Shown here: positions 49,512 to 59,559 of the stretch, one piece after another
How the letters are laid out: each line of letters opens with the position of its first letter
Position numbering within the stretch: position 1 is the stretch's first letter
NCBI GenBank assembly: GCA_945898045.1
Contig: CAMDGG010000002.1
Location: forward strand, 19,231 to 83,230
Length of the DNA stretch: 64,000 nt
Source: a bacterium UBP8_UBA817
GTDB taxonomy: Bacteria; Margulisbacteria; Marinamargulisbacteria; SXXA01; SICP01
Direction of reading: 5' to 3'
The notes under the pieces: generated by a model
Seen by the model: the letters and a program-made list of their open reading frames with translations, nothing else
Database searches by the model: none
What the model was told of the DNA's origin: nothing
Made by a program: the position numbers and the translations under genes

Positions 49512-50156
49512 ATGCAATTTTTCATCGATACAGCAGACATCAGCGCCATTAAAAAAGCCAACGACATGGGCCTAGTTGACGGCGTTACGACCAACCCCAC
49601 CCTCATCAAAAAAGCAGGCCGCGATCACGAAGCCACTATCAGAGAAATAAGCGACCTCATCTCAGGCCCAGTCTCTGTAGAAACCATCAGCGAAGATGCT
49701 GCAGGCATGCTAAAAGAAGCCAAAACCTACCTCAAATGGGGCAAAAATATCGTCATCAAAGTCATTATGTCCCCAGAAGGCATGAAAGCCGTCCGCGAAC
49801 TCTCCAGCCAAGGCCACAAAACCAACGTCACCCTCTGCTTCTCCCCACTCCAAGCCCTCATCGCAGCCAAAGCCGGCGCCACCTACATCTCTCCCTTCGT
49901 CGGCAGACTCGACGACATCAGCCACTACGGCATGGAACTCATTTCTCAAATCCGCGACATCTACGACAACTACGAATTCGACACCCAAATCCTAGTCGCC
50001 AGCGTCAGAAGCCCCATCCACCTACTAGACGCTGCAACCATCGGAGCAGACGTGGCCACAGTTCCACCCGCAACCCTCATGCAAATCTTTAATCATCCGC
50101 TAACAGAAAGTGGGATTAAAGCATTTTTGGAAGATGCGAAGGCTTGGCAGAAATAG
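49512..50156 (+). CDS. tal: Transaldolase (TalC/FSA family)
   Basis: FFIDTAD, GVTTNPTL, SVE and SPFVGR (transaldolase-type Glu/Phe), AS.R.P.H; SD AAGGAG. Confidence 0.95.
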   Translation: MQFFIDTADISAIKKANDMGLVDGVTTNPTLIKKAGRDHEATIREISDLISGPVSVETISEDAAGMLKEAKTYLKWGKNIVIKVIMSPEGMKAVRELSSQGHKTNVTLCFSPLQALIAAKAGATYISPFVGRLDDISHYGMELISQIRDIYDNYEFDTQILVASVRSPIHLLDAATIGADVATVPPATLMQIFNHPLTESGIKAFLEDAKAWQK

Positions 50157-50235
50157 GATTGCAATCCTAATAAATAGACGTTTTAATAGGATCGCACTAC
50201 GTTAATACACGAAAAAGAAAACCTCAAGAAAGAAT

Positions 50236-51198
50236 CTAAAATGTTAACCCAGGCATATACTTACTTGGATGGAGAGTTCTTTCAATTTCATCCAAGTACT
50301 TTTTTAAAATAAATTGAGCCAAGTTTTGTGAAGTAAATTCCCTATTATTTTTAGAGTCTGATTGCCAAACATATTGCTCTGAATCACTTAAAAAAAAGTC
50401 GAATTCAAAACTTTCATCCACAACAGGATCACCATAGCGGCCCTGTCTTATACCGCCCTTCCAAAACTCTATTTTCAATTTTGATTTCTCAAGAGTGTTA
50501 AGATAGTTATGCATCCAAGTGACGCCTAAAGAGCAATAATTCAAACAAATTATTTGCAAATTATTTTCAGCGTGTTTGCTGTTTATTGTAACATCAACAC
50601 TAAGTGAAACGTCAGACTGCCATTGGGTAATAAATTCATTTTTTAACTTTTGAAATTCTGCATTTGCAGCGTTTACTCCATCTATTGAATTTCGCAATCT
50701 CTCTCTTATAAATTTGAGATTCATTGCACGATCCAAACGTTTTGATCGATCCTCCAGAGATTCTTCCCTAACCTCTCCCCCAAGCCTCTGGATATTCGCC
50801 TCAATAACCCCCACAGCTCTTTCAAGACCAAACCTCTTTAAATTAACCCATAGTTTATTGTTTGGGACCCACTTAGGAACAGAAGACAACTCATCCAAGG
50901 GCATAAAAATCACAAAATCAAACCCGTGATCATGGGCTCGATTACGAATAGCCGTTTCTTCGATACGAGTCCAAGACGTTTGTCCCCATTCCTTTCTATA
51001 CAAAACTATTACTAAGCGAGATTCCTCTCCAAAAACCGCATTAAAAAGCTTCTCTCCATCACCGCCAGCAAGATCTTCTTGTCGTTTCGAATAATGAAAA
51101 ACCATATACCTATCTTGCAAAAGATCCGCAAGTTTAGTGGCTAAAGATTCATCCTCAGCTAAAAAGGAAAATGCAATATCATACTTATATTCCGTCAC
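50236..51198 (-). CDS. TIR domain-containing protein
   Basis: KYDIAFSFLAED (box 1), VIVLY..EWGQTSWTRIEE (conserved Glu); unknown C-terminal domain. Confidence 0.85.
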   Translation of the reverse strand: MTEYKYDIAFSFLAEDESLATKLADLLQDRYMVFHYSKRQEDLAGGDGEKLFNAVFGEESRLVIVLYRKEWGQTSWTRIEETAIRNRAHDHGFDFVIFMPLDELSSVPKWVPNNKLWVNLKRFGLERAVGVIEANIQRLGGEVREESLEDRSKRLDRAMNLKFIRERLRNSIDGVNAANAEFQKLKNEFITQWQSDVSLSVDVTINSKHAENNLQIICLNYCSLGVTWMHNYLNTLEKSKLKIEFWKGGIRQGRYGDPVVDESFEFDFFLSDSEQYVWQSDSKNNREFTSQNLAQFILKKYLDEIERTLHPSKYMPGLTF

Positions 51199-51830
51199 TA
51201 CTTCACCTCAGGCCGCAACCACAAACTAATCGATAACAACCGAGGCAAAAACGAAACAGTCGCTTTCTCTGGTGCCAGAAAAACCTGTTTCGTTTTACCA
51301 TCGGGCATCGGCACCAAGACGGCAGATTTCATCAACTGAGGCCCTGCAAAAATCAAAGGCTTTTTGTAAAACGTCGCCATATCCAAACGCGCAAAATTAA
51401 TCCGTTGTCCCAACACATCAAAATACAAATCTACAAACGCATTCTTCGGCGAAAGTTGTATCAAATTCTGAGCCACATTATACGTCACGACCAAAGACCC
51501 TTTCGCTTCACTATTAGTTCCCAATAATCCCATATTTACCGCAACATTCGCCGTAAAAAAAGCGTCGTTATTCAAAAACTGAATCTTAGGATTTTTAACC
51601 GTCCAATGCGCCTTACCAGACAACATCGGAACATTCACAGTCGTCGATCCAGAAATCGGCCCCATCGCAGATAACAGGGCATTCACTAGCGTTTCATCCA
51701 CCGAAAACACAACCGATGGAGGTCTTGAAATGGGTTGCACAACCAAACTATTGGCAGTTGGCATAATAATTTGGCCATAGGTACCAACCGAAAAAATAGT
51801 CAGACTTAGGATAAGTAAAAGTTTTCTCAC
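51198..51830 (-). CDS. Hypothetical secreted protein
   Basis: Signal peptide; coupled to valS (GTGA overlap). Confidence 0.7.
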   Translation of the reverse strand: MRKLLLILSLTIFSVGTYGQIIMPTANSLVVQPISRPPSVVFSVDETLVNALLSAMGPISGSTTVNVPMLSGKAHWTVKNPKIQFLNNDAFFTANVAVNMGLLGTNSEAKGSLVVTYNVAQNLIQLSPKNAFVDLYFDVLGQRINFARLDMATFYKKPLIFAGPQLMKSAVLVPMPDGKTKQVFLAPEKATVSFLPRLLSISLWLRPEVK

Positions 51831-54376
51831 AACTCTACAATCACATCCAATTCAGAAGTAGAAACAACCATCTCATACACTTCAACCACACCCGCCAAAA
51901 CAACATCTCCCATCGCAAGAAACACCCTATCTAACGCATCCTGCGAGCCAGAAATAGTCAATTTTTTCACGGGATATTTCAAACTTTGTTTGTTTTCAGA
52001 TTTAGCACCGCGAATTTCACCCATCACGAAAGCCGCAGAGTCCATAACAAGCGACAACACATCCGACGAAACCCCAGACCATTCCGATACACTTGGCCAA
52101 CTCGCCCGATGTATCGACCCGCCATCCGAAAACCGCCAAGACCAAATCTCTTCAGTCACATACGGTAAAAACGGAGCAAATAATCGCAAAAATAATCGCA
52201 ACGCTTCCTGCAACGTCGCAAGAGCAGACAACCGTTTTGCTTCGTCCGTCTCACGATATGCCCGCACTTTTACTAACTCAATATACTGATCACAAAAATA
52301 CCAAAATCCAGACTCCGACAACTCCAAACACGCCGCATAATCCAGCGTCTCAAAAGCCCGCGTTGCCTTAATAACCAATTCCCGTAATTTTTGCAAATAC
52401 GCCACATCCACCGGCTGCGTAATCTGATCCGCAGTCGGCTTTTCATCCCCCAACTGCAACATCACAAACTTACTCGCATTAAACAATTTCGTCGCAAGCT
52501 TCTGACCCATCTGAAAAATCGTTTCTTCAAACGCTGTATCCACGCCCAACCGCGCCCGTGTCGCCCAATACCGCACAGCATCCGACGAATACTGATCCAA
52601 CAACGCATTCGGCGTGACAACATTCCCTTTTGACTTACTCATTTTTTTACGATCTGGATCCAACACCCAGCCACTAATCACCACATGTTTCCAAGGAATT
52701 TCCTGATGATGCATCCACGCTTTCGTAATCGTATAAAACGCCCACGTCCGAATAATCTCATGCGACTGCGGACGAATATCCATCGGGAAAATTTTGGCGT
52801 GTCGATCGTTATTCGGCCACTGACTCGCTATCTGAGGGGTCAACGACGACGTCGCCCATGTATCCATTACATCCGGATCACCCATAAACCCATTAGGCTT
52901 CCCACGTTGGTCTTCTGTAAACCCATCTGGCACATCCGACATTGGATCAACCGGAAGCTGCTCTTCACGCGCAAAAATCGGCTTTGCATAATCCGGATTT
53001 CCCAACGCATCCATCGGATACCAAACCGGAAACGACACCCCAAAAAACCGCTGACGACTAATACACCAATCTTGATTCAATCCCTCTACCCAATTCTGAT
53101 ATCGGGCCTTCATAAAACTAGGATGCCATTCAATCTTATCGCCCTGTTTCACAAGCGCTTCTTTATGCTCCAAAATCCGCACAAACCATTGGCGCGTCTT
53201 CATAAACTCAAGCGGAGAATCTCCCTTTTCATAAAACTTTACGGGGTGCTCAATGATCTCCAAAGGCTGCATCATTGCACCAGATTCCGCCAACAACTCA
53301 GCAATTTTCGTCTGTGCTTGCTTCACCCGAAGACCTTCTAAAGGCGCATACCACTTGGCAGCTGTTTCTGCGTCTACACTTTCAAACGGTGCCTGCGTAA
53401 AATCAACGGGCAACATGCGACCATTCGCACCAATCACCTGCTTAATCGGCAAAGACTGTTGCTTCCACCACGCAACGTCCGCGGCATCTCCAAACGTACA
53501 TACCATCAAAATCCCACTACCCTTTTCAGGATCAGCATGAGTCGATGCCAAAATAGGAACACGCGCACCAAATAACGGCGTAACCGCAAACTTTCCAAAT
53601 AAGTCTTTATATCGGACATCATCCGGATGCGCCACAACCGCAATACAAGCGGGCAACAATTCTGGACGCGTCGTCGCAATCATAAAATCACCACCGTGTT
53701 CCACGTGAAACTGCACATGATGATACGCCCCAGGACGTGGCCGATCTTCTACTTCAGCCTGGGCAACCGCCGTCCGAAAATCCACATCCCACATCGTCGG
53801 AGATTCCACCTGATATACAAACCCTTTCTTAGCCATTTCCAAAAACGAATACTGGCTCACACGCTGACAATGCCGATCAATCGTCGCATATTGCAACGAC
53901 CAATCCACCGACAATCCCAACTGTCGCCACATCGACTCAAACGCCTGCTCATCTTCGGCAGTTAAAATCCGACACGCATCAATAAAATTACGACGAGACA
54001 CCGGCACTAGCGGCCCATCTTTCACACGTTTTTCAGGCATCCAAGCCGGCTCATAAGCCAACGTCGGATCGCACGTAATCCCAAAAACATTCTGCACCCG
54101 ACGCTCTGTCGGCAATCCATTATCATCCCAACCCATCGGATAAAAAACCGACTTTCCACACATACGCTGATACCGCGCCAACACGTCCGTCTGCGTATAA
54201 CTAAATACATGTCCCACATGCAACGATCCCGAAACAGTAGGCGGCGGTGTATCTACCGAAAACGTATTCTCACGATCCGCACTAGAATCCCATTTATATA
54301 CATCAGACTCATCCCAAACTTGTTGCCATTTTTTTTCAATCGAACCATGTTCATAACGCGCAGGTAATTCAGTCAT
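51827..54376 (-). CDS. valS: Valyl-tRNA synthetase (type 2, archaeal-like)
   Basis: DTPPPTVSGSLHVGH, GWDDNGLPTERRV, DWCISRQRFFG, RPQSHEIIRTW, KMSKS; ATG 54376. Confidence 0.97.
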   Translation of the reverse strand: MTELPARYEHGSIEKKWQQVWDESDVYKWDSSADRENTFSVDTPPPTVSGSLHVGHVFSYTQTDVLARYQRMCGKSVFYPMGWDDNGLPTERRVQNVFGITCDPTLAYEPAWMPEKRVKDGPLVPVSRRNFIDACRILTAEDEQAFESMWRQLGLSVDWSLQYATIDRHCQRVSQYSFLEMAKKGFVYQVESPTMWDVDFRTAVAQAEVEDRPRPGAYHHVQFHVEHGGDFMIATTRPELLPACIAVVAHPDDVRYKDLFGKFAVTPLFGARVPILASTHADPEKGSGILMVCTFGDAADVAWWKQQSLPIKQVIGANGRMLPVDFTQAPFESVDAETAAKWYAPLEGLRVKQAQTKIAELLAESGAMMQPLEIIEHPVKFYEKGDSPLEFMKTRQWFVRILEHKEALVKQGDKIEWHPSFMKARYQNWVEGLNQDWCISRQRFFGVSFPVWYPMDALGNPDYAKPIFAREEQLPVDPMSDVPDGFTEDQRGKPNGFMGDPDVMDTWATSSLTPQIASQWPNNDRHAKIFPMDIRPQSHEIIRTWAFYTITKAWMHHQEIPWKHVVISGWVLDPDRKKMSKSKGNVVTPNALLDQYSSDAVRYWATRARLGVDTAFEETIFQMGQKLATKLFNASKFVMLQLGDEKPTADQITQPVDVAYLQKLRELVIKATRAFETLDYAACLELSESGFWYFCDQYIELVKVRAYRETDEAKRLSALATLQEALRLFLRLFAPFLPYVTEEIWSWRFSDGGSIHRASWPSVSEWSGVSSDVLSLVMDSAAFVMGEIRGAKSENKQSLKYPVKKLTISGSQDALDRVFLAMGDVVLAGVVEVYEMVVSTSELDVIVEL

Positions 54377-54555
54377 AATAATCCTCTTCAACTCAAAAAT
54401 TGATACGTCATCTTATTGTGACTGAGTAATTTCTTCAAATAAAAAGCACTTTCAGAATATGGAATTTGCCAGAACACATATGGACAAAACATATTAAAAT
54501 GCCATTTTATGAGAAAAAAATTCATTTTTATAAATTTAGTGATATAATCCAGCCC

Positions 54556-55833
54556 ATGTTAGTAGAATTCTCAGCGAAAAACTTTAGATCCATCAACGAA
54601 AAACAAACTATATCCTTTTTACCGGTTAAGGCCAAAAGCTCTGGGATAGAAAAAGGTGAGCTCCCAAATAATATCACTTCAGAAAGTATCCCACTTCTTA
54701 AAACTATCATTCTTTTCGGAAAAAATGCTTCCGGAAAAAGCAACCTACTAAAAGCCATCCGGCGACTACAAATATTAGTTATACAATCTGGGTCAATTTC
54801 ACCAGAAACAAAAATACCTTACGACCCATTTAAACTTGATAAAAACAAAACAAATGAATCTACAACTTTCGAAATTAAATTTCTCATTAAAGAAACTGTT
54901 TTTAGATATAAAATTGTCTTCAATCAAACGCAATTTTTACTAGAAGAACTATACAGCAACAAAGCCAAATTATTTGTGCGTCACCATGGAAAAACCATCA
55001 ATTTTGGACCGTCTCTACATGGACCAAAAAAAGCCATTGAAAAATTAACTGGGGAAAACCAACTATTTTTGTCAAAAGCCGGAACAAACAATTTTGAGGA
55101 ATTTAAAGAAATTTATCATTTTCTAACCTCTATCAATATCCGAATAAATATTTCAGACGAGATCCATAAAAGCTGGGATTACTACCTCGATAACTTAGCT
55201 AAAGCAATACCACAAAAAACGGCAGAACAATTTATTATCAATATATTAAAAGCTGCCGACGTAGGCATTGAATCTTTCGGTTATAAAAAAAGAGAAGAAA
55301 AAGAGTTTAAATTCCCAGAAGGAATGCCTGAAGATATAAAAGAGACCATCCTTTCTCAAAACAGACTAGCCTTAAAAACAATTCACAAAAGATTCGCAAA
55401 CGGGGACGAAGAAGACACGACGGATTTTGCAATAGAAGAAGAATCTGACGGAACACTCATGTTCCTAAAAACTACCATAAGAACTCTAATTAGTATTTCT
55501 ACAGGCTCCCCATTAATAATCGATGAACTTGACATCAATTTACATCCAAAGTTAGTTGAAGTTATTCTCGATCTATTTCATAGCCAAAACAACAAAAATG
55601 GCCAGTTAATATTTACAACACACAACACATTGTTTTTATCAAAAAAATATTTTCGTAGAGATCAAATATATTTCGCAGACAAAGAAGAAAATGGTTCCAG
55701 TGAATTCTATTCTTTAGCAGCAATTGAAGGCATTCGCCCAGACGCCCCTTACGACAAATGGTATATGAGCGGGAAGTTTGGTGCAGTACCTCTGACAAGC
55801 ATAGAAGAAATAACAAATAACTTCATTACATGA
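54556..55833 (+). CDS. rloA: RloA/AbiLi-like AAA_21 ATPase
   Basis: MLVEFSAKNFRSI, GKNASGKSN, ESDGT, IIDELDINLHP, QLIFTTH, RRDQIYF, GKFGAVP. Confidence 0.9.
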   Translation: MLVEFSAKNFRSINEKQTISFLPVKAKSSGIEKGELPNNITSESIPLLKTIILFGKNASGKSNLLKAIRRLQILVIQSGSISPETKIPYDPFKLDKNKTNESTTFEIKFLIKETVFRYKIVFNQTQFLLEELYSNKAKLFVRHHGKTINFGPSLHGPKKAIEKLTGENQLFLSKAGTNNFEEFKEIYHFLTSINIRINISDEIHKSWDYYLDNLAKAIPQKTAEQFIINILKAADVGIESFGYKKREEKEFKFPEGMPEDIKETILSQNRLALKTIHKRFANGDEEDTTDFAIEEESDGTLMFLKTTIRTLISISTGSPLIIDELDINLHPKLVEVILDLFHSQNNKNGQLIFTTHNTLFLSKKYFRRDQIYFADKEENGSSEFYSLAAIEGIRPDAPYDKWYMSGKFGAVPLTSIEEITNNFIT

Positions 55834-56405
55834 CCCAATATCGAAAAGAAAAAAAACGCCCCCTCAAGAAACAATTCCTAATATTATGCGAAGGCGAAAC
55901 AGAAGTTTTGTATTTTAAAACATTCAGAAAAGAAAACAGAGTTAAATTATCTGCAGTTGACGTTATTCCATACAAACCTATTAACCATGACCCAAATGGC
56001 CTTGTAGAACAAGCTATCAAAGAGAAAAAAAAAGGTGAGTACGAAAAAATCTGGGTTGTTTTTGATAGAGATTGCCATCACAAAATAGATACCGCTCAGA
56101 AAAAAGCGCAAGTAAATAAGATCAATATTGCATACTCAAACATATGCTTTGAATTTTGGATCTTGCTCCACTTTGAGGAAACTTCAAGAGCATTCAGAAG
56201 TAAAGACGAATTAGTCAAATACTTAAAAAAAGAACATAATCATGCAAAAGACATTAACCATTACGATAAATTAAAACCAAATATGAAATTGGCTATAGAA
56301 CGAGCTAAGAAACTAAAAAAAGAAAATCAAAAAACAACACTCACTTTCGAAACAAACCCACAAACTAATATTCACGAAATCATTACTGACCTTCTCGATT
56401 GTTAA
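55830..56405 (+). CDS. rloB: RloB/AbiLii family protein
   Basis: LILCEGETEVLYF, WVVFDRD, YSNICFEFWILLHF, NPQT. Confidence 0.9.
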   Translation: MTQYRKEKKRPLKKQFLILCEGETEVLYFKTFRKENRVKLSAVDVIPYKPINHDPNGLVEQAIKEKKKGEYEKIWVVFDRDCHHKIDTAQKKAQVNKINIAYSNICFEFWILLHFEETSRAFRSKDELVKYLKKEHNHAKDINHYDKLKPNMKLAIERAKKLKKENQKTTLTFETNPQTNIHEIITDLLDC

Positions 56406-56408
56406 AAA

Positions 56409-57554
56409 ATGACTCTACAAAACCCCGCACATCTCCTACAAAATCTCGCCTACCAAAAAGGCATTAACTACGACCTATCCAACTTTCAAAAAACGCTCGC
56501 CTCTTTCAACAACCCACACCACGCACTCAAAAACATCATCCACATCGCCGGCACCAACGGCAAAGGCTCCACGCTCACCTTCATCTCCTCCGCGCTACAA
56601 GATCTAGGCTACACCGTCGGCACCTACACCTCCCCCCACATTCACTCGTATTGCGAGCGCATCCAAATTAATAACACGCCTATCTCCGAAAAAGACTTTT
56701 CTCGATTTTTCGAAAAAGCCAGAGAATCTAACGCCCTCCAAACAGAATTTGAAGTATTAACCTTAATGGCATTTCTCTATTTCCAAGAAAAAAATCCGGA
56801 CTACTGCATCATCGAAACCGGCCTCGGCGGTAGACTCGACGCAACCAACATCGTCACCCCCATCCTCTCCATTATCACCAAAATCGGCCTAGACCACGAA
56901 GCCATACTCGGCAACACCATCGAAAAAATCGCCACAGAAAAAGCAGGCATCCTCAAGCCCCCAATCCCCGCCATCACCATCCAACAAAATCCATCTGTAC
57001 TCGCTATTTTTAAAAAATCGCACCCCAACATCCAAATAATTCCGGCGCTTACAACCCTCCCAAAAAACCTCCACATGCAAGGCCTCTATCAAAAAGAAAA
57101 CCTAGCACTCGCCCAAGCCGCCCTAAATCACTTGCACCCAGACGCCAAACCGAACTTCCAAAAAGCTCACATCTGGGGACGATTCGAACGCAAAGAAATT
57201 AACGGTCAAAACTGGATCATCGACGCTGCCCACAACCCCGACGGCATCGACGCCCTCATCCAAACGCTAACCCACCACTACCCCAACCAAAAATTCACCT
57301 TCATCACCAGCATCCTAAAAACAAAAAATGCAGGCGAAATTCTCTCCCGTCTCGCACCCCACGCCCTATCTATCCACTACTGCTGTTTCGACCCCCAACT
57401 CGCCCACCATTACAAAGACATTCAATCTCTTGTCCCTCATCTAAAAATCAAAGAAATCGATCTCCAAAAAATCCCAAAAATCCCAATTAAAAATCCAGTG
57501 CTAACAGGCTCGATCTACTTCATTAGCCATGTTACTCTATACCTACTACCATGA
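56409..57554 (+). CDS. folC: Folylpolyglutamate synthase/dihydrofolate synthase
   Basis: HIAGTNGKGS, YTSPH, ETGLGGRLDATN, DH...EKAGI, DAAHNPDG. Confidence 0.96.
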   Translation: MTLQNPAHLLQNLAYQKGINYDLSNFQKTLASFNNPHHALKNIIHIAGTNGKGSTLTFISSALQDLGYTVGTYTSPHIHSYCERIQINNTPISEKDFSRFFEKARESNALQTEFEVLTLMAFLYFQEKNPDYCIIETGLGGRLDATNIVTPILSIITKIGLDHEAILGNTIEKIATEKAGILKPPIPAITIQQNPSVLAIFKKSHPNIQIIPALTTLPKNLHMQGLYQKENLALAQAALNHLHPDAKPNFQKAHIWGRFERKEINGQNWIIDAAHNPDGIDALIQTLTHHYPNQKFTFITSILKTKNAGEILSRLAPHALSIHYCCFDPQLAHHYKDIQSLVPHLKIKEIDLQKIPKIPIKNPVLTGSIYFISHVTLYLLP

Positions 57555-57847
57555 ACAAAAAGTCCAAACATATACGACGCTTTATTCTGACCTATGTTGT
57601 CATTGCTTTACTAGCCATTTTGGGTTTAAACGTCACGATAAAAACACTCGCAATCAATAAAAAGATGCTCGACACTCAAAAGCAAATCACGCTGATTAGA
57701 GACGAAAATAAAACGGCCCTTTTGCAGATTCTTGCAGAGACTTCATTAGATAAAATTGAAAGTGTAGCCACCGAAAAACTCCACATGGAACTACCTAAAA
57801 AAATCGACTACCTCTACATACTACCCAAAAAAAATGACCCCAAATAA
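57551..57847 (+). CDS. ftsL: FtsL-like cell division protein
   Basis: Basic N-terminus, one TM helix, coiled coil, IESVATEKLHM; directly upstream of the class B PBP. Confidence 0.7.
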   Translation: MNKKSKHIRRFILTYVVIALLAILGLNVTIKTLAINKKMLDTQKQITLIRDENKTALLQILAETSLDKIESVATEKLHMELPKKIDYLYILPKKNDPK

Positions 57848-59555
57848 AAACAGAGTTCAAGTCTACAAACTCGGCTTCGCGCTGATCATCTGCATCCTCA
57901 TCACACGCCTCGCTTTTCTACAAATTTTCAACCACGATTTTTATAAAAAAAAATCAGAAAGCGAACTCAATAAAATTGTTCAGATCTACCCCAATCGCGG
58001 CAATATTTACGATCAAAATAAAGTCCCGCTCGCCATTACGCGTACCGCCTATTCTGTCTATATGAATCGCAAAGAAATAGACGGCCCCGAAAAAACAGCC
58101 CAAACCCTCAGCACCTATCTCAAAATCCCCTATAGCGAACTCTATGCCAAAATAAATAGCAGAGGAAATTTCGTCTGGATTAAACGTAAAATTACTAAAG
58201 AAATCTATCAAGCACTCAGAAAAGAAGACTTAGAGGGCATCTATTTTGTCAAAGACGAAGAGCGCATCTACCCTTTCCAAAACATAGCCAGTGACATCCT
58301 CGGATATGTAGGAAACGACAACCAAGGCCTAGGCGGACTCGAACACTACTACGACAAAATCCTCAAAGGCACCCCCGGGAAAATTGCTTTCGAAGGCGAC
58401 GCCAGACGCAATAGACTCATCACCGGAAAACTAGAAACCCTCCAACATCCTTACGATGGTAGCCACATCATCACCACCCTCGACTACTACGTCCAATACG
58501 TCACACAGAAATACCTCAAAGAAAACGTCGTTAAAAACAGAGCCGATAAAGGCTCAGCCATCGTCATAGACATCAAAACCGGCGACATCCTAGCCATGTC
58601 CGACTACCCAGATTTCAACGCCAATAGCTGGAAAGAAAATGCCATCGGCACAAGAAAAAACAGCAGCGTCAGCGATGTTTATGAACCAGGCTCTATTTTC
58701 AAGCTCATCACGGTCTCAGCCGCCTTAAATGAAGGCCTCGTCAAACCAGACACCGTCATCACCGTTCCAGAAACACTCACGCTCTATAACCACACCATCA
58801 AAGAAGCACACCGTCGCCCTGCAGGACAAACTAATCAAAAAACTGTCTCGCAAATTATCGAAGAATCCCTCAATGTCGGCACGGCATTATTAGGTCAAAA
58901 ACTTGGCAAAGAAAAATTATATGCCTACATCAAAGCATTCGGCATTGGCAATAAAACCGGCGTAGAACTTCCGGGAGAATCCCAAGGCATGTTTAGACAA
59001 CTTAAAAACTGGAGCGGGCTTGACCTCTCCATTATGTCATTCGGACAAGGCGTCGCCGTCACCCCCATTCAAATCGCACGCGCCGTCGCCACCATCGCAA
59101 ACGACGGCATCTTAGTTGAGCCCCATATCGTGAAATACATCACCGATAGCGAAGAAAAAACCTTGCGGAGCCCCATAAAAGATCGTCCACAACGTATCAT
59201 CAGCAGCCAAACGGCCAAAGTCGTCACCAAAATCATGACCCAAACCGTTGATCAAGGCACCGGAATGATCACCAAAATAGACGGCTACAAAATTGCAGGT
59301 AAAACCGGAACCGCTCAAAAATCAGGCGGCCATGGCTATGAAATGGGCCGATACGTCGCCTCATTCATCGGCTTCTTCCCAGCAGAAAAACCCCGATTCC
59401 TCATACTCGTCTCCATCGACTCCCCCCGAGCCAGCATCTACGGCTCCAGCGTCGCGGGCCCAGCGTTTAGAGACATCGCAAAATCGCTCATCGACCACTA
59501 CAACATTCCGCCAAGCTATACACCGTCACCCAATCTAACCGCGAAAAAGCCCTAA
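57834..59555 (+). CDS. ftsI: Class B penicillin-binding protein (FtsI/PBP3-like)
   Basis: RGNIYD, RIYP, GLE, EPGSIFK (SxxK), SLN, KTGTAQK. Confidence 0.93.
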   Translation: MTPNKNRVQVYKLGFALIICILITRLAFLQIFNHDFYKKKSESELNKIVQIYPNRGNIYDQNKVPLAITRTAYSVYMNRKEIDGPEKTAQTLSTYLKIPYSELYAKINSRGNFVWIKRKITKEIYQALRKEDLEGIYFVKDEERIYPFQNIASDILGYVGNDNQGLGGLEHYYDKILKGTPGKIAFEGDARRNRLITGKLETLQHPYDGSHIITTLDYYVQYVTQKYLKENVVKNRADKGSAIVIDIKTGDILAMSDYPDFNANSWKENAIGTRKNSSVSDVYEPGSIFKLITVSAALNEGLVKPDTVITVPETLTLYNHTIKEAHRRPAGQTNQKTVSQIIEESLNVGTALLGQKLGKEKLYAYIKAFGIGNKTGVELPGESQGMFRQLKNWSGLDLSIMSFGQGVAVTPIQIARAVATIANDGILVEPHIVKYITDSEEKTLRSPIKDRPQRIISSQTAKVVTKIMTQTVDQGTGMITKIDGYKIAGKTGTAQKSGGHGYEMGRYVASFIGFFPAEKPRFLILVSIDSPRASIYGSSVAGPAFRDIAKSLIDHYNIPPSYTPSPNLTAKKP

Positions 59556-59559
59556 ACCA

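Noticed and set aside
30825..51198. SIR2 plus TIR as a Thoeris system
   Set aside because: The genes are ~18 kb apart, and the SIR2 protein has no evident SLOG/STALD sensor domain.
52685..53341. 218-aa antisense ORF inside valS, and similar shadow ORFs throughout
   Set aside because: No domain motifs; explained by codon and strand bias of the real genes.
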